DNA of 64,000 nucleotides from an uncultured archaeon (GCA_964525635.1 CAZGJX010000007.1:1250-65249), one strand, 5' to 3'. Counted from the stretch's first letter, positions 37,667 through 48,885 are shown. The notes: generated by a model not told the origin, from the letters alone. Made by a program: numbers and translations.

Positions 37667-39142
37667 TTAATAACTCTTAGCAATATAAACTGTACAAGTA
37701 GCAGGATTACCACATATTATACAAGTAGCAAATTCATGTTTTTCTTCATCTACTTTCTTTCCTCTAACAAATGCCCCTAATTCTTTTTCAATTTTTTCAG
37801 CACATTGATATGCTTTCATATCTATAGAACAAAAACCACAACAAACTATTTTTCCATTATCAATTGCTTCCTTTGCAGAATCCTGTTCATAACATACTTC
37901 AATTTGCCCTTCAAAATCGAGTAATTTTTTTTCTTTTAATTCCTTAGTATATTTTTTTCTGATTTCATCAATTATATTTTCCAATTCGTTTTCTTTGACA
38001 AATATTTTCTTACCATCATGTCTTTTAACGATAACAACTTGATCTTTTTGGATATCTCTAGGACCTATTTCGATTCTTATAGGAACACCTTTCATTTCCC
38101 ATCGATAATATTTACTACCTGGAGATTCCTCTAAATTATCAAACTTTACAAGATATTTTTCTTTAATTTTATCATAGATTTTTTTACATTTATCCAAAAC
38201 AATATCTTCCTTGCCTTTAATTAATATTGGAATAATAACAATTTGAATAGGTGCTAAATCAAATGGTAAAATTAATCCTTTATCATCTCCCAAATATGCT
38301 ATCATTGCTCCGTAGATTCTACTAATAGCTGGACCATAACATGTCTGATAACAATATTTTTCATTTCCATCCTTATCTAAAAACTTTACATTGAAAGGTT
38401 TTGAGAAATTTTGTCCTAACAAATGAGTGGAAGGTAATTGTAAAACTTTACCAGAACCCATTAAAGCATCCGCAGCAAATGTGAATTCTGCTCCTGAGAA
38501 TTTATCCCATTGGGGTCTTTCAAAAAAGATAATTGGAATACAAAATTCATCTTGAAGCATTTGATATGTCATTTGCATATCTTCCTTAACTTGATCTTTT
38601 GCTTCCTCTTCTGTAGCAAAACAATTATGGGCTTCAATCCAATGAAATTCTCTACCTCTAAAGAATGGTCTCGTCATTTTTCCTTCATATCTCCATACTT
38701 GACAGGATTGATATCTTTTGAATGGTAAATCATTGTAGCTTCTTATCCAATAACTATACATTTTATATAATGCCGTTTCACTTGTTGGACGAAGTGCTAA
38801 TCGCTCTGTGAGTCTCTCACCTTCACTTCCCGCTTCTGAAACCCAAAAAACTTCTGGAGCAAAACCCTTAACATGGTCTGCTTCTAAAGTAAAATTACTT
38901 TCGGGAATTACGGAAGGCATTATTAAAGGCATATGACCTTTTTCGTCAAGCAATTCTTCATATTTTTGGTACATCTTCTTAATTGATATCGTTGCCCAAG
39001 GTCTATATACTACAAATCCTTTTACATTATATCGAATATCTGCTAATTCTGCCTTATTAATAAGTTCAGTGTACCATCCAGAAAAATCTTCTTCTTTTGA
39101 GACGGTTATTCCTGTAATTGGAGTAGTCTTCTTTTCAGCCAT
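37667..39142 (-). CDS. proS: proline--tRNA ligase (archaeal/eukaryotic type)
   Basis: FSGWYTELINKAELADIRYNVKGFVVYRPWA, class II motifs (FRGREFHWIEAH, GAMI), a Cys-rich C-terminal Zn domain and the terminal Tyr typical of this ProRS type. Confidence 0.9.
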   Translation of the reverse strand: MAEKKTTPITGITVSKEEDFSGWYTELINKAELADIRYNVKGFVVYRPWATISIKKMYQKYEELLDEKGHMPLIMPSVIPESNFTLEADHVKGFAPEVFWVSEAGSEGERLTERLALRPTSETALYKMYSYWIRSYNDLPFKRYQSCQVWRYEGKMTRPFFRGREFHWIEAHNCFATEEEAKDQVKEDMQMTYQMLQDEFCIPIIFFERPQWDKFSGAEFTFAADALMGSGKVLQLPSTHLLGQNFSKPFNVKFLDKDGNEKYCYQTCYGPAISRIYGAMIAYLGDDKGLILPFDLAPIQIVIIPILIKGKEDIVLDKCKKIYDKIKEKYLVKFDNLEESPGSKYYRWEMKGVPIRIEIGPRDIQKDQVVIVKRHDGKKIFVKENELENIIDEIRKKYTKELKEKKLLDFEGQIEVCYEQDSAKEAIDNGKIVCCGFCSIDMKAYQCAEKIEKELGAFVRGKKVDEEKHEFATCIICGNPATCTVYIAKSY

Positions 39143-39320
39143 AAATAATCAAAATAAGAAATATTTGAAAAATTATATATTTTATTGGAAATAAAAATCA
39201 ACAACTATTCTTTTTATTCATTAATATTTCAATAATCCTAAATTAATTTTATATTTGGAATTTTGATTTTCCATCATTTGCTATACATAAAAAGACGTTT
39301 GAAAATTAATAAATAAGAGT

Positions 39321-39845
39321 CTATTCATTCCAATTTATAATTTTAGAATTTATTACACATTCATCATCGCCATTTTTAAGACATTTCAAACATTCTTCTT
39401 CCACTTTCAATCCTAAAGCTTTAAACCATCCTGAACGCATTGAAAAACAGCCACATTCATAGAATTTATCAACATTCATATTTTTTACTTGTTCTTGAGT
39501 AATACATTTTTTAATTATTCCAGTTAATTCATTTTCTGACTTGATTTTCAAATTATATTCCATTAAAGGGTAAGGATAATACAGTTCCATTGCTTTATTA
39601 CAAATGGCTAAATGATCTTGTATAGTATTAATTTTCTTTATATCTAAAGCATTCATCAATCTCCGCATCATAATTTTTCCCATATCGAAAATCACTGCTT
39701 TGTTAATCTTATTACCTTTTTTCCATCCAAAATTTTTAACTATGGCCATTTGCCATCTTGCATCATGCGACATCCAATTTTTTCTTAATATTTCTATTTT
39801 TTCTTCACAACTTAATTTTAAGAGTAGTTTGTTTTGTTCTGACAT
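39321..39845 (-). CDS. hypothetical protein with C-terminal Cys cluster (possibly ATC-hydrolase-like family)
   Basis: ORF of 174 aa with C-terminal YECGCF...EECLKCLKNGDDECV. The family assignment is tentative. Confidence 0.35.
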   Translation of the reverse strand: MSEQNKLLLKLSCEEKIEILRKNWMSHDARWQMAIVKNFGWKKGNKINKAVIFDMGKIMMRRLMNALDIKKINTIQDHLAICNKAMELYYPYPLMEYNLKIKSENELTGIIKKCITQEQVKNMNVDKFYECGCFSMRSGWFKALGLKVEEECLKCLKNGDDECVINSKIINWNE

Positions 39846-39905
39846 ATTTATCTGAATTATTTTTTAAAATCATATTTATCTATAAATATAAATTAAAAAC
39901 TTTCG

Positions 39906-40646
39906 TCATTCAAAAAATAATTTAGCATCAGTTAGTAATTTATTTGAAATTATAGTTACATTATATTTTTTAGATTCTAAAAATTTCTTAATCTCATTAC
40001 TTACTTTAGTCAATAAATCTATGTTATTCATATCATTAATATATAAACTTAAAACTGAATTTATATTATTAAATTCTTTTTTCTCTTTATCATTTGGAGC
40101 TCTAAAGAGTATTTTATTAATACCAGAAATTTGAGCTATTTTTTTTATTTCTTCTTCTAAGGAACCAAAATTAAAAAATTGCTTATTATTCATTTTTAAT
40201 TTAAAAGCTAAAATTCTCTCTAATTTTTCTCTTGATTGTTTATCATAAAAACTTGTTAGTTCTCGTGTTGCAATAGCTTTATATTTATTTTCAATGAGAT
40301 TATTTTTACTTTTAATGAATTCTATTAAGGTATTATAGTATTTTTCATCAATTTTTTGATAATTCTCAACTTGTCTTATGAAATCAATTAGGTTATCTAA
40401 TAAATCATAATAAAAATTCATTGTAGATTTGATTTTAAGCTTATCTTCCATAATTTTTATTTCAGGATAATATTTTTTAAGGATGAGATTCATATTTTTA
40501 TTTAAATTAGCACATTCTTTTGCAATTTCATCTACTTTATTTAAAGATTTAAATTTAATGAGATTTAAAATATTATATTCAATTTCTGAAAGATTATTAA
40601 ATGTTTCCTCTATTTTATCAAGATATTTCTTCTCAATATAGGACAT
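39906..40646 (-). CDS. hypothetical helical protein (246 aa)
   Basis: ORF only; K/E/N-rich helical composition. Confidence 0.35.
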   Translation of the reverse strand: MSYIEKKYLDKIEETFNNLSEIEYNILNLIKFKSLNKVDEIAKECANLNKNMNLILKKYYPEIKIMEDKLKIKSTMNFYYDLLDNLIDFIRQVENYQKIDEKYYNTLIEFIKSKNNLIENKYKAIATRELTSFYDKQSREKLERILAFKLKMNNKQFFNFGSLEEEIKKIAQISGINKILFRAPNDKEKKEFNNINSVLSLYINDMNNIDLLTKVSNEIKKFLESKKYNVTIISNKLLTDAKLFFE

Positions 40647-40811
40647 TATTTAATAAATACAATTTTATCTTTTTAATTTTAATTAATTATTTGTTTGGAA
40701 TATTCTAAAGTAAAGAAATTTAGGATTAAATTGTATTTTTTAAAGTCTTTTATTAGAAATAAGAATAATTGAGAAATTAAAAAGAAATTAGAATAGATTA
40801 ATTAATATTTA

Positions 40812-41741
40812 TTATATTAATCTATCTTTGATTTGTTTTGAACGACTTCTAAGAGTAACTTCAGTAACTTTAGCAATTTCACTTACTTCTGCTTGAGTTT
40901 TTCTTTGATTTGTTAGTTTTGCTGCCATATAAATAACTGAAGCAGCTAATCCCTTCGGATCTTTACCTGTTCTTAACAAGCCATTCTTGGAAGCTTTAAC
41001 CAACATGTTAATGGCTCTTTTTTGAGTTCCCATTGGTAATCCTAAATCATTACCAAAACGAAAAACAAGTTGTTCTGCTGTAATTGGTTTGTATTTTAAT
41101 CCCAATTTTGGTAAAACTTCTTTAACAATCATACCTAATGATCTATGGACTGTTCTACGTGGAGTCATAGAAGATTCACATACTTCTTCAAGTAAACGTG
41201 GAAATTCATGTACTCTTATTGCGGCATATAATGCAGCTGCAATAAATCCATCAATTGAGCGTCCCATAGTAAGCTTCTTTTTTGCAACCACACAGTATAC
41301 TTTCCATGCAGTTTCTTTTATATATTCAGGGATACTCATTTTAGAACTAAGCATTTTTAATTTAGGTTTAGCTTCCCAAAAATTCCTTTCTATACTAGAT
41401 ACTAGAGAATTCTGAATTTTGGATAATCGTGAGAAGAGAGTTTTACCCTTGGCACCTATCAATCTACCCTTTGAATCTGTTTTAGTATTGGGTAGCATAG
41501 TTCTTGGACCAAATTCTCTCCATCTTGGCTCAGTTCTTCGTCTTTTATTTATTTCATCAATTGTGTATGCTCTCCTTTCATTACCAACTAAATTTCTCCC
41601 AATAATCATACCACAATTTAAACAGACATGGTCTCCTTTACGACATTCAATATTAGGTATATCACAGCATTTTACGGGTTCTTCTTTTTCTTTTAGACCG
41701 TTCTCTTTCGATCGTAATCGATCTTTATAACTGGTTGTCAT
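40812..41741 (-). CDS. tfb: transcription initiation factor IIB (TFB)
   Basis: N-terminal Zn ribbon CCDIPNIECRKGDHVCLNCG, a B-reader/linker, and two cyclin folds (GRSIDGFIAAALYAAIR, GKDPKGLAASVIYMAAK). Confidence 0.9.
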   Translation of the reverse strand: MTTSYKDRLRSKENGLKEKEEPVKCCDIPNIECRKGDHVCLNCGMIIGRNLVGNERRAYTIDEINKRRRTEPRWREFGPRTMLPNTKTDSKGRLIGAKGKTLFSRLSKIQNSLVSSIERNFWEAKPKLKMLSSKMSIPEYIKETAWKVYCVVAKKKLTMGRSIDGFIAAALYAAIRVHEFPRLLEEVCESSMTPRRTVHRSLGMIVKEVLPKLGLKYKPITAEQLVFRFGNDLGLPMGTQKRAINMLVKASKNGLLRTGKDPKGLAASVIYMAAKLTNQRKTQAEVSEIAKVTEVTLRSRSKQIKDRLI

Positions 41742-42016
41742 AATTTATTCCTTATTATAAGACATTAAAAACTTAGATGAATTCTACAAATTTTCAATAT
41801 ACTTTTGATGTGAAAATAATTAATAGTATTCATAACAAGAATCATACTTAGAAGAAATTATATAAATATGCTAGATTTAGATTATATAATTTTATTATAT
41901 AATAACTTTTTAAGATAAACTATTATTTAAAGCTATATGTCTTTGAAATTATATTTCTTATTTTGGAAAAATAATTATAAAAATCATATTTCTGTTTAAA
42001 TCTTTATTTATTTAAT

Positions 42017-43765
42017 CTATTTATGTAAAATTTCTCTTATTTTTTCAAAAATAGATAATGTATTTACACCTGATGGACATTTTTTTAAACATAAACCACA
42101 TAGAGTGCAAGAATGAATGATATTTGTAATGAAATCATTTATTTTTAAATCACCATATACTAATCCATTTAAAATACTTAATCGCCCTCTAGGGCTGTAT
42201 GCTTCAATGTTATAATGAAGCCATGAAGGACAAGATATAACACAAAAACCGCATCGCATGCAATTGAATTCTAATGATACGCCTCTATAATTTATGAGAT
42301 TTCTAATAGAATTAACTTTTTTTATAGGTTTTTTATCACCTTTACCAATTCCAGGATTTAAAATATTATTTGGATCAAAAATTCTCTTCATTTGAAACAT
42401 AATATCTAAAATATCAATACCATGTTCTAATTCTATAAAGGATCCCTTAACTTTTCCTATTCCATGTTCTCCTGTAATTGAACCTCCGACAGGGATAATT
42501 ATTTTTCTATATAAATAATTAATTGCTTTTGTAAAATATTTTAAATCCTCAGAATTATTTTCATTAAACATAAATTTAGGATGTAAATTTCCTTCCATAT
42601 GACAAGATATAGCTATTTCCAGATTTTCAGCACCAATTTTTTCAGGTATATTTTCAATCTTTTTAATAACTTCAGCAAAATCTGAAATCTTAATAGTGCA
42701 ATCTTCTACACAACAGGTAGGTTTAATTCTTGAAAGAGCTGGTAAACTTGATTTTCTTGCAAATATAAATTTATATCGTTCTTTTTCATCTTGCGCAATC
42801 TTATGATATATCGGACCATATTTAGTTATAATATTGTATAGTTTTGAGAAATCAGTATTTATTTGTTCTTCATGGTCTCCATCAACTTCAGCTAATAATA
42901 CATACCCATTGGGAAATTCTCGGAAATCTCCTCCCAAATAATTTGATAATGCGTCTAAAATAATCTTATCCATAAATTCCAATACATTTGGGATGATCCC
43001 TTCTTTTCTTATATCAAGAACAGCATTTTGAATTTTATCTGGTGTTTCAAAAATAAAAAAACCTAATTTCCTATATTTTGGCAAAGGTCTAATTTTTAGG
43101 CCTATTTTAGTTATAACTCCTAATGTACCTTCAGAGCCAACAAATAAATCCTTAATATTGTATGTTGCAACTGATTTTAGAACTTCTGAACCTAATCGTA
43201 ATATTTTTCCACTTGGAACTACAACTTCTAAATACATTACGTAGTGTTTTGTAACTCCATATTTAAATGCTTGAATTCCCCCGGCATTAGATGCAACCAT
43301 TCCTCCTATCGTAGCGACTGAACTTGAACCAGGATCTGGAGGAAAAAAATATCCATTTTTTTTCAAAACATTATTTAAATCATCACAAATAACTCCAGGC
43401 TCTAATTCGACAAGATTATTTCCTATATCTATACTTATTATTCTATTCATATTAGTTAAATCTAAAACTATTCCCTTATATGGTGTCAGTTGACCTCCCG
43501 ATAAACTTGTTCCTGTTCCTCTTGGTGTTATTGGTATTTTTTCTTTATCTGCTATTCTTAAAATTTCAGAAATTTGTTTTGTTGTTTGAGGTTTTAAAAT
43601 TAAATCAGGAATCCAATGTTTTTGAAAAGTAATACCCCCATAAGCATAGGTCCATCTAATTGCAAAATCATCATAAAAACTATTTTCGCCAACTATAGAT
43701 TTTAATTTGTTTAAGATCGAAGAAGAAAGAACTTTATAACCTTTAACCATGATTTTATTTATCAA
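42017..43765 (-). CDS. FAD-linked oxidase (GlcD/D-lactate dehydrogenase-like) fused to a C-terminal 2x[4Fe-4S] domain
   Basis: FAD-binding PCMH region (PRGTGTSLSGG, GGMVASNAGG). C-terminal CMRCGFCVISCP and CTLCGLCLKKCP. Confidence 0.75.
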   Translation of the reverse strand: MINKIMVKGYKVLSSSILNKLKSIVGENSFYDDFAIRWTYAYGGITFQKHWIPDLILKPQTTKQISEILRIADKEKIPITPRGTGTSLSGGQLTPYKGIVLDLTNMNRIISIDIGNNLVELEPGVICDDLNNVLKKNGYFFPPDPGSSSVATIGGMVASNAGGIQAFKYGVTKHYVMYLEVVVPSGKILRLGSEVLKSVATYNIKDLFVGSEGTLGVITKIGLKIRPLPKYRKLGFFIFETPDKIQNAVLDIRKEGIIPNVLEFMDKIILDALSNYLGGDFREFPNGYVLLAEVDGDHEEQINTDFSKLYNIITKYGPIYHKIAQDEKERYKFIFARKSSLPALSRIKPTCCVEDCTIKISDFAEVIKKIENIPEKIGAENLEIAISCHMEGNLHPKFMFNENNSEDLKYFTKAINYLYRKIIIPVGGSITGEHGIGKVKGSFIELEHGIDILDIMFQMKRIFDPNNILNPGIGKGDKKPIKKVNSIRNLINYRGVSLEFNCMRCGFCVISCPSWLHYNIEAYSPRGRLSILNGLVYGDLKINDFITNIIHSCTLCGLCLKKCPSGVNTLSIFEKIREILHK

Positions 43766-43954
43766 ATAAGTGTTTAAACTAATTATATAATAGAATTACA
43801 TTTAAAAATTTTAGCTATTAATAAACATAATTTAAGAGTATCATTTTAAAAATATTTTAGATCTTTTAAATGGAACATATTAAGAAAATTATTAATATGA
43901 TAAGTTGGTTCTTTTATATTGGGATTAATAATTTTCTTATGATTAAGGGTTAAA

Positions 43955-44350
43955 ATGGGAAAAATTATACAAGATATGTGGATATTAACAAACAGTGGGG
44001 TGACTATATTTAGTCGCATCTTTCATAATCAAATAAATGACCAATTATTCGGAGCACTTATGAGTGCAATAAATCAATTTGCTGAATCAATGGTTGAAGG
44101 AGGAATTTCAAGTTTTGAACTAAGTCACAGAAAATTTACAATTATTAGAAAACATGACTTAATATTTATTGCGAATACTAAAAATAAGGAAAAAGAGAAA
44201 AAAGTAAAAGATGAATTACAGAGAATTTCTGATAAATTTTTTGATTTATATTCTGAAAAATTAATTAATTGGGATTATGATGTTTCTATTTTTTCAGAAT
44301 TTCAAAATTATATATTAGATTCATTAAAAGATGCAGTAAAAAAAATATGA
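43955..44350 (+). CDS. small longin/roadblock-like fold protein (prediction from sequence pattern)
   Basis: Pattern beta-beta (IQDMWILTNSGVTIFSR), helix (DQLFGALMSAINQFAESM), beta x3 (ISSFELSHRKFTIIRKHDLIFIANT), then C-terminal helices. No catalytic motifs. Confidence 0.35.
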   Translation: MGKIIQDMWILTNSGVTIFSRIFHNQINDQLFGALMSAINQFAESMVEGGISSFELSHRKFTIIRKHDLIFIANTKNKEKEKKVKDELQRISDKFFDLYSEKLINWDYDVSIFSEFQNYILDSLKDAVKKI

Positions 44351-44486
44351 AATCTATTCTAATCAAATCATTTATAATTTGAAATAATCCCTTGAGTGAA
44401 ATTTATAATTGTTATCAGTAAAGAATTTAAGAATAGATTACTTTATTTAAATTAAATATATTTCAATTTCTCAAGGATAATTAATA

Positions 44487-44795
44487 ATGGATGAGCGAAA
44501 AAATAATATAGATATTGAAAAAAAAGATAATAATATTCCTCTTAATTCACTCCATTCAAGACAAATGGAAAATTTAATTAAGACGTTATCAAATCCACGT
44601 TTTTTAGGTTCGATTCATCTAAATAAGCAAATAGATAAAAATTTTTCATCAATAGGAAATCTAATGAGAAGTGAATATCAATCAAAATTAGAGAAATCTA
44701 TGAGAAATGTTATTTTCAACCCTTTTACTAAAATTTTAATTATTGTTATAGTAATATTTAATATAATTTGGTTTTCTTTAAACTATATATTTTAA
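44487..44795 (+). CDS. hypothetical tail-anchored membrane protein
   Basis: Single C-terminal TM ILIIVIVIFNIIWFSL. Confidence 0.35.
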   Translation: MDERKNNIDIEKKDNNIPLNSLHSRQMENLIKTLSNPRFLGSIHLNKQIDKNFSSIGNLMRSEYQSKLEKSMRNVIFNPFTKILIIVIVIFNIIWFSLNYIF

Positions 44796-44888
44796 TTTTG
44801 ATGTAATTAGAATTTTTAAATTTTGTTATTCTTTTTTTTTATAAATAATAAAAAAAAAAGAATTTATTAATTATTGATTTTTTACCAT

Positions 44889-45149
44889 TTAACCAAGTAA
44901 ACCAAATCCCGAGAAAAGATCAGCAAAAAATGAAGCAAGGAGCGTTAGCATAAGAATTTGGATAATAAGCGCAATTATTGCACATATTAAACCAACTATA
45001 CCCATTCCTTTTCCGTTATCTTTAGCTATAGCTATGATAGCTAATATCATTGGCAAGATACAAAATAATCCAACAAAAGGAATCCAACATATCGCTAATG
45101 ATATAAGACCTAGAATCATTGCGGCAATACCCATTCCATTACTACCCAT
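44889..45149 (-). CDS. small membrane protein (DUF4190-like)
   Basis: GIAAMILGLISLAICWIPFVG...AIIAIAKDNGKGMGIVGLICAIIALI pattern with two or three TM segments. Confidence 0.45.
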   Translation of the reverse strand: MGSNGMGIAAMILGLISLAICWIPFVGLFCILPMILAIIAIAKDNGKGMGIVGLICAIIALIIQILMLTLLASFFADLFSGFGLLG

Positions 45150-45435
45150 TTAATCACCTTATTTTTATAATTATTTTTATTTTTATCTAGTAGAATGTGA
45201 TTTATATAAACTTTACCAATATAAAAGTATTAAAAAGGTGTTAATTATTCAATAAAAAGGATAGTAGAATAATTATTTTTGATTCTATTCTCACCTTTTC
45301 GACTATATAATAAAAAATCATGAAAAGACCAGCTATTTATTACTTATTAAATAAATTTAAAAGATAGTAGAGTATTTTATAAGTTAATTACATTCATTAA
45401 TAATACGGAAAATGTAGAAAAAGGTCCAAACAAAA

Positions 45436-46929
45436 GTGTCAGCATCAGAAATATATGATATTATCATTATTGGTGGAGGAGTTATTGGTTGTAGCATTGC
45501 TCGAGCGTTATGTAAATATGATTTAAAAGTTTGTTTATTAGAAAAAGAAGCAGATATTGCAATGGGAACAACTAAAGCAAATTCAGGAGTTGTTCATGCG
45601 GGTTATGGTGCAGAAAGGAAATATATCAAAAGAAATTTATGTATTAGGGGAAATAAGCTATATTCTAAAGTAGCGAAAGAATTAAATTTTCCTTTCAAAC
45701 GAATTGGTTCATTTGTTGTAGCTTTAGAAACAGATCAAATAAAATTCTTAGAAGAGATTAGAAAAAAAGGTATAGAGGATGGAATTTTTAATCTTGAACT
45801 TATCTTAGATAAAGAAAAAATAAAAGAACTAGAACCAAATATAACAGATGAGGTTGTAGGTGTATTACATGCTCCATCTGCGGGTATTGTAAGTCCATAT
45901 GAGATGACATTTGCTTTGGCTGAAAATGCTGCTATAAATGGTGTAAAATTCTTCAGAAATCAAGAAGTGATTAAAATAGATCATAGTGACTATACTTTTA
46001 CTGTAACTACAAAAAAGACTGAATTTAAAGGAGAAAATGTAATTAATTGTGCTGGACTTCATGCTGCTAAAATATCTAAGATGTTAGGATTGGATTATTT
46101 TGACATTTTGCTCAGAAAGGGTGAATATGTCTTATTTGATCGTAATATCATTCAATTAAATAAAATTTTATTTCCGGTTCCTACTAAAGTTTCAAAAGGT
46201 ATTCTCGTCTGTCCTACTTTCCATGGTAATGCTTTTGCTGGTCCCAATGCTCAAAATATCACCGATTTAGAAGACACTTCTACAACAACTCCTGGACTGA
46301 AAGAAGTTTTGGAAGGAGGAAGGCTTCTTGTTCCCGACTTACCTCTGAGAGCTTCAATACGGAACTTTGCAGGACTTCGGGCTGTATCTAATACATATGA
46401 TTTTATCATTGATAATACAGATATATATGGTTTTATTAATGTTGCTGGAATCATGTCACCTGGATTAACATCTTGTTATGCAATTGCCGAGAAAGTTATT
46501 GAATTTATTGAACTGCTTGGAGTTCAACTTAAAGAAAAAGAGAATTATAATCCAAATAGAGAAAAACCAAAACGATTTACAGAATTTTCAAAAAAAGAAC
46601 TTGAGAAAAAGATCAAAGAAGATCCTACATGGGGTAGAATTATATGTAGATGTGAAACTATCTCTGAAAAAGAAATATTAGACGCTATTAGAGCTCCAGT
46701 TGGAGCTATTACTATCGATGGAGTGAAATTTCGATGTCGTCCGGGGATGGGAAGATGCCAAGGGGGATTTTGTCGACCACGTGTCATGGAAATCCTTTCG
46801 AGAGAATTAAATCTACCCTATCAAGCTATAACTAAGAAAGGAGAAGATACTAATATATTAGTGGCAAAAACTAAAGATCTTATTTTAAAAGAGATTAAAA
46901 AAAGAGAAATCTATAATGAAAAGGTATAA
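45436..46929 (+). CDS. FAD-dependent glycerol-3-phosphate dehydrogenase-like oxidoreductase with BFD-like [2Fe-2S] domain
   Basis: IIIIGGGVIGCSIARAL dinucleotide fold. C-terminal ICRCETISEKEILDAI...RCRPGMGRCQGGFC. First gene of a three-gene operon. Confidence 0.7.
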   Translation: MSASEIYDIIIIGGGVIGCSIARALCKYDLKVCLLEKEADIAMGTTKANSGVVHAGYGAERKYIKRNLCIRGNKLYSKVAKELNFPFKRIGSFVVALETDQIKFLEEIRKKGIEDGIFNLELILDKEKIKELEPNITDEVVGVLHAPSAGIVSPYEMTFALAENAAINGVKFFRNQEVIKIDHSDYTFTVTTKKTEFKGENVINCAGLHAAKISKMLGLDYFDILLRKGEYVLFDRNIIQLNKILFPVPTKVSKGILVCPTFHGNAFAGPNAQNITDLEDTSTTTPGLKEVLEGGRLLVPDLPLRASIRNFAGLRAVSNTYDFIIDNTDIYGFINVAGIMSPGLTSCYAIAEKVIEFIELLGVQLKEKENYNPNREKPKRFTEFSKKELEKKIKEDPTWGRIICRCETISEKEILDAIRAPVGAITIDGVKFRCRPGMGRCQGGFCRPRVMEILSRELNLPYQAITKKGEDTNILVAKTKDLILKEIKKREIYNEKV

Positions 46930-48208
46930 TATAGATGTGGCTATAATAGGGGGTGGAGCTGCAGGTTTAGCTGCAGCAATAGAAGTAAAAAAAGCTGAAT
47001 TTAACCCTTTAATTATGGAGCGAGATTTAGAATTAGGAGGTATTTTGATGCAATGCATTCATAATGGATTTGGTCTTAAAGAATTTAAGGAAGAATTAAC
47101 GGGTCCAGAATATGCACAAAGATTTATCAACGAAATAAATGAATTAGATATTCCTTATAAATTAGACACAATGGTTATTGAGATTACACCAGATAAAAAA
47201 ATATATGCAGTAAGTAAGAACGAAGGATTAATTGAAATAAATTCTAAAGCTATAATTCTTTCTATGGGTTGTAGAGAAAAAACACGAGGTGCTATTAATG
47301 TTCCTGGTTTTAGACCTTCAGGAATATTTACAGCGGGACAAGCTCAAAGATTTGTAAATATCGAAGGATATTTACCAGGTAAAACAATTGTAATTCTGGG
47401 TAGTGGAGATATTGGTATGATTATGGCGAGAAGATTAACTTGGGAAGGATGTAAAGTTAAAGCTGTAGTTGAAATACAACCATATGTGAGTGGACTATTA
47501 AGAAATCAGGTTCAATGCTTAGAGGATTATAATATTCCTTTGATAACAAGTTATACTTTAACTAAAATCCATGGAAAAGATCGCCTTAAGGGTATTACTA
47601 TATCGAAAGTAGGACGTAATTTTGATCAAATTATAGGTACAGATCGATTTATTGAATGTGATACTTTATTATTATCTGTAGGACTAATTCCTGAAAATGA
47701 ATTGACAAGAATTGCAGGAGCGGAAATATCTCCAATGGGAGGGGCTGTAATCGATAATAATTTAGAAACCACTATTGAAGGGGTGTTTGCTTGTGGAAAT
47801 GTTTTACAAGTACATGATCTTGTAGATCTTGTAACTGCTGAAGCAAAAAGAGCAGGAAAAAATGCGGTTGATTATATTAATGAGAGATTTGGAAAGACAC
47901 AAAAAGAACAGAGAAAAATTCGATTAAATTCTGGAGAGAATGTAACATACATTAAACCTGATTATGTTAATTTTAATGAATTATTAAAGAATTTAATAAT
48001 CAATTTTAGGGTTAAACATCCTGATAGAAGAATCCAAATACAGTTAAAAGACGAAACAAATCGAATAATTTATAAATTAAAAAAACCATATGTAATTCCC
48101 AGTGAAATGAACGAATTAAAAATAAATATAGGGAATCTTGAAATAAATACGGAATGTAATGAATTAATTATTGATGTGATACCTCAACCAGAGCCATTAA
48201 TTGATTAA
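46916..48208 (+). CDS. pyridine-nucleotide-disulfide-family FAD/NAD(P) oxidoreductase
   Basis: VAIIGGGAAGLAAA and IVILGSGDIGMIMA Rossmann motifs, plus FACGNVLQVHDLVD. Overlaps the upstream gene by 14 nt. Confidence 0.7.
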   Translation: MKRYNIDVAIIGGGAAGLAAAIEVKKAEFNPLIMERDLELGGILMQCIHNGFGLKEFKEELTGPEYAQRFINEINELDIPYKLDTMVIEITPDKKIYAVSKNEGLIEINSKAIILSMGCREKTRGAINVPGFRPSGIFTAGQAQRFVNIEGYLPGKTIVILGSGDIGMIMARRLTWEGCKVKAVVEIQPYVSGLLRNQVQCLEDYNIPLITSYTLTKIHGKDRLKGITISKVGRNFDQIIGTDRFIECDTLLLSVGLIPENELTRIAGAEISPMGGAVIDNNLETTIEGVFACGNVLQVHDLVDLVTAEAKRAGKNAVDYINERFGKTQKEQRKIRLNSGENVTYIKPDYVNFNELLKNLIINFRVKHPDRRIQIQLKDETNRIIYKLKKPYVIPSEMNELKINIGNLEINTECNELIIDVIPQPEPLID

Positions 48209-48218
48209 TTAGAGGAGA

Positions 48219-48629
48219 ATGATGAATATGGAAAAAAGTGATGAGAGAGAAGTTATAAAAACAATTAGATGTATTGTATGTCCAACAGGTTGTGAAATAG
48301 AAGTAAAGGAGATTCCTGATGGTGAAATCGTGTTTGAAGGATATACATGCAAACGAGGCTTAGAATATGCTAAACAGGAGTTTTCTGAACCAAAAAGAAT
48401 ATTAACAACCACAATAAGAGTCGATGATGCTCTCCATCCTTTAATTCCTGTAAGAACAGATAAACCTTTAATAAAACAAAAATTAAACGAAGCATTAAAA
48501 ATTATGGCTAGAACTATTGTAAACGCTCCGATTAAGATGGGAGATATTCTTATTGAAAATATAACAAACGAGGAAGTAAATATTATTGCTAGTAGAGATT
48601 TAAAGAAATGTAAAAATATAATTAAATAA
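48219..48629 (+). CDS. DUF1667-domain protein
   Basis: IRCIVCPTGCEIEV...YTCKRGLEYA..EFSEPKRILTTTI. This is the usual third gene after the GlpA-like and NOX-like genes. Confidence 0.65.
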   Translation: MMNMEKSDEREVIKTIRCIVCPTGCEIEVKEIPDGEIVFEGYTCKRGLEYAKQEFSEPKRILTTTIRVDDALHPLIPVRTDKPLIKQKLNEALKIMARTIVNAPIKMGDILIENITNEEVNIIASRDLKKCKNIIK

Positions 48630-48687
48630 TAATGAGATTTTATTACTTGTTGTTAATATTTTAAATCATATATAAATACTATATAAA

Positions 48688-48885
48688 TTAAATCTCTTCT
48701 TTTTTAATTTTAAGGTTTTTATAATAATTATAACTTAAAAATACAGCTATTTCTGAACCTATAACCAATAGGATAAAGACAAGAATTTTATAATATTCAG
48801 GAATAATACTATCAAGAAATAAATATAGAACAAAAGGAATTAATATTCCTAGTATACATAAATATCCTTTTTTTTCATCTACCAT
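48688..48885 (-). CDS. hypothetical small membrane protein
   Basis: Two hydrophobic segments; ORF only. Confidence 0.3.
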   Translation of the reverse strand: MVDEKKGYLCILGILIPFVLYLFLDSIIPEYYKILVFILLVIGSEIAVFLSYNYYKNLKIKKEEI

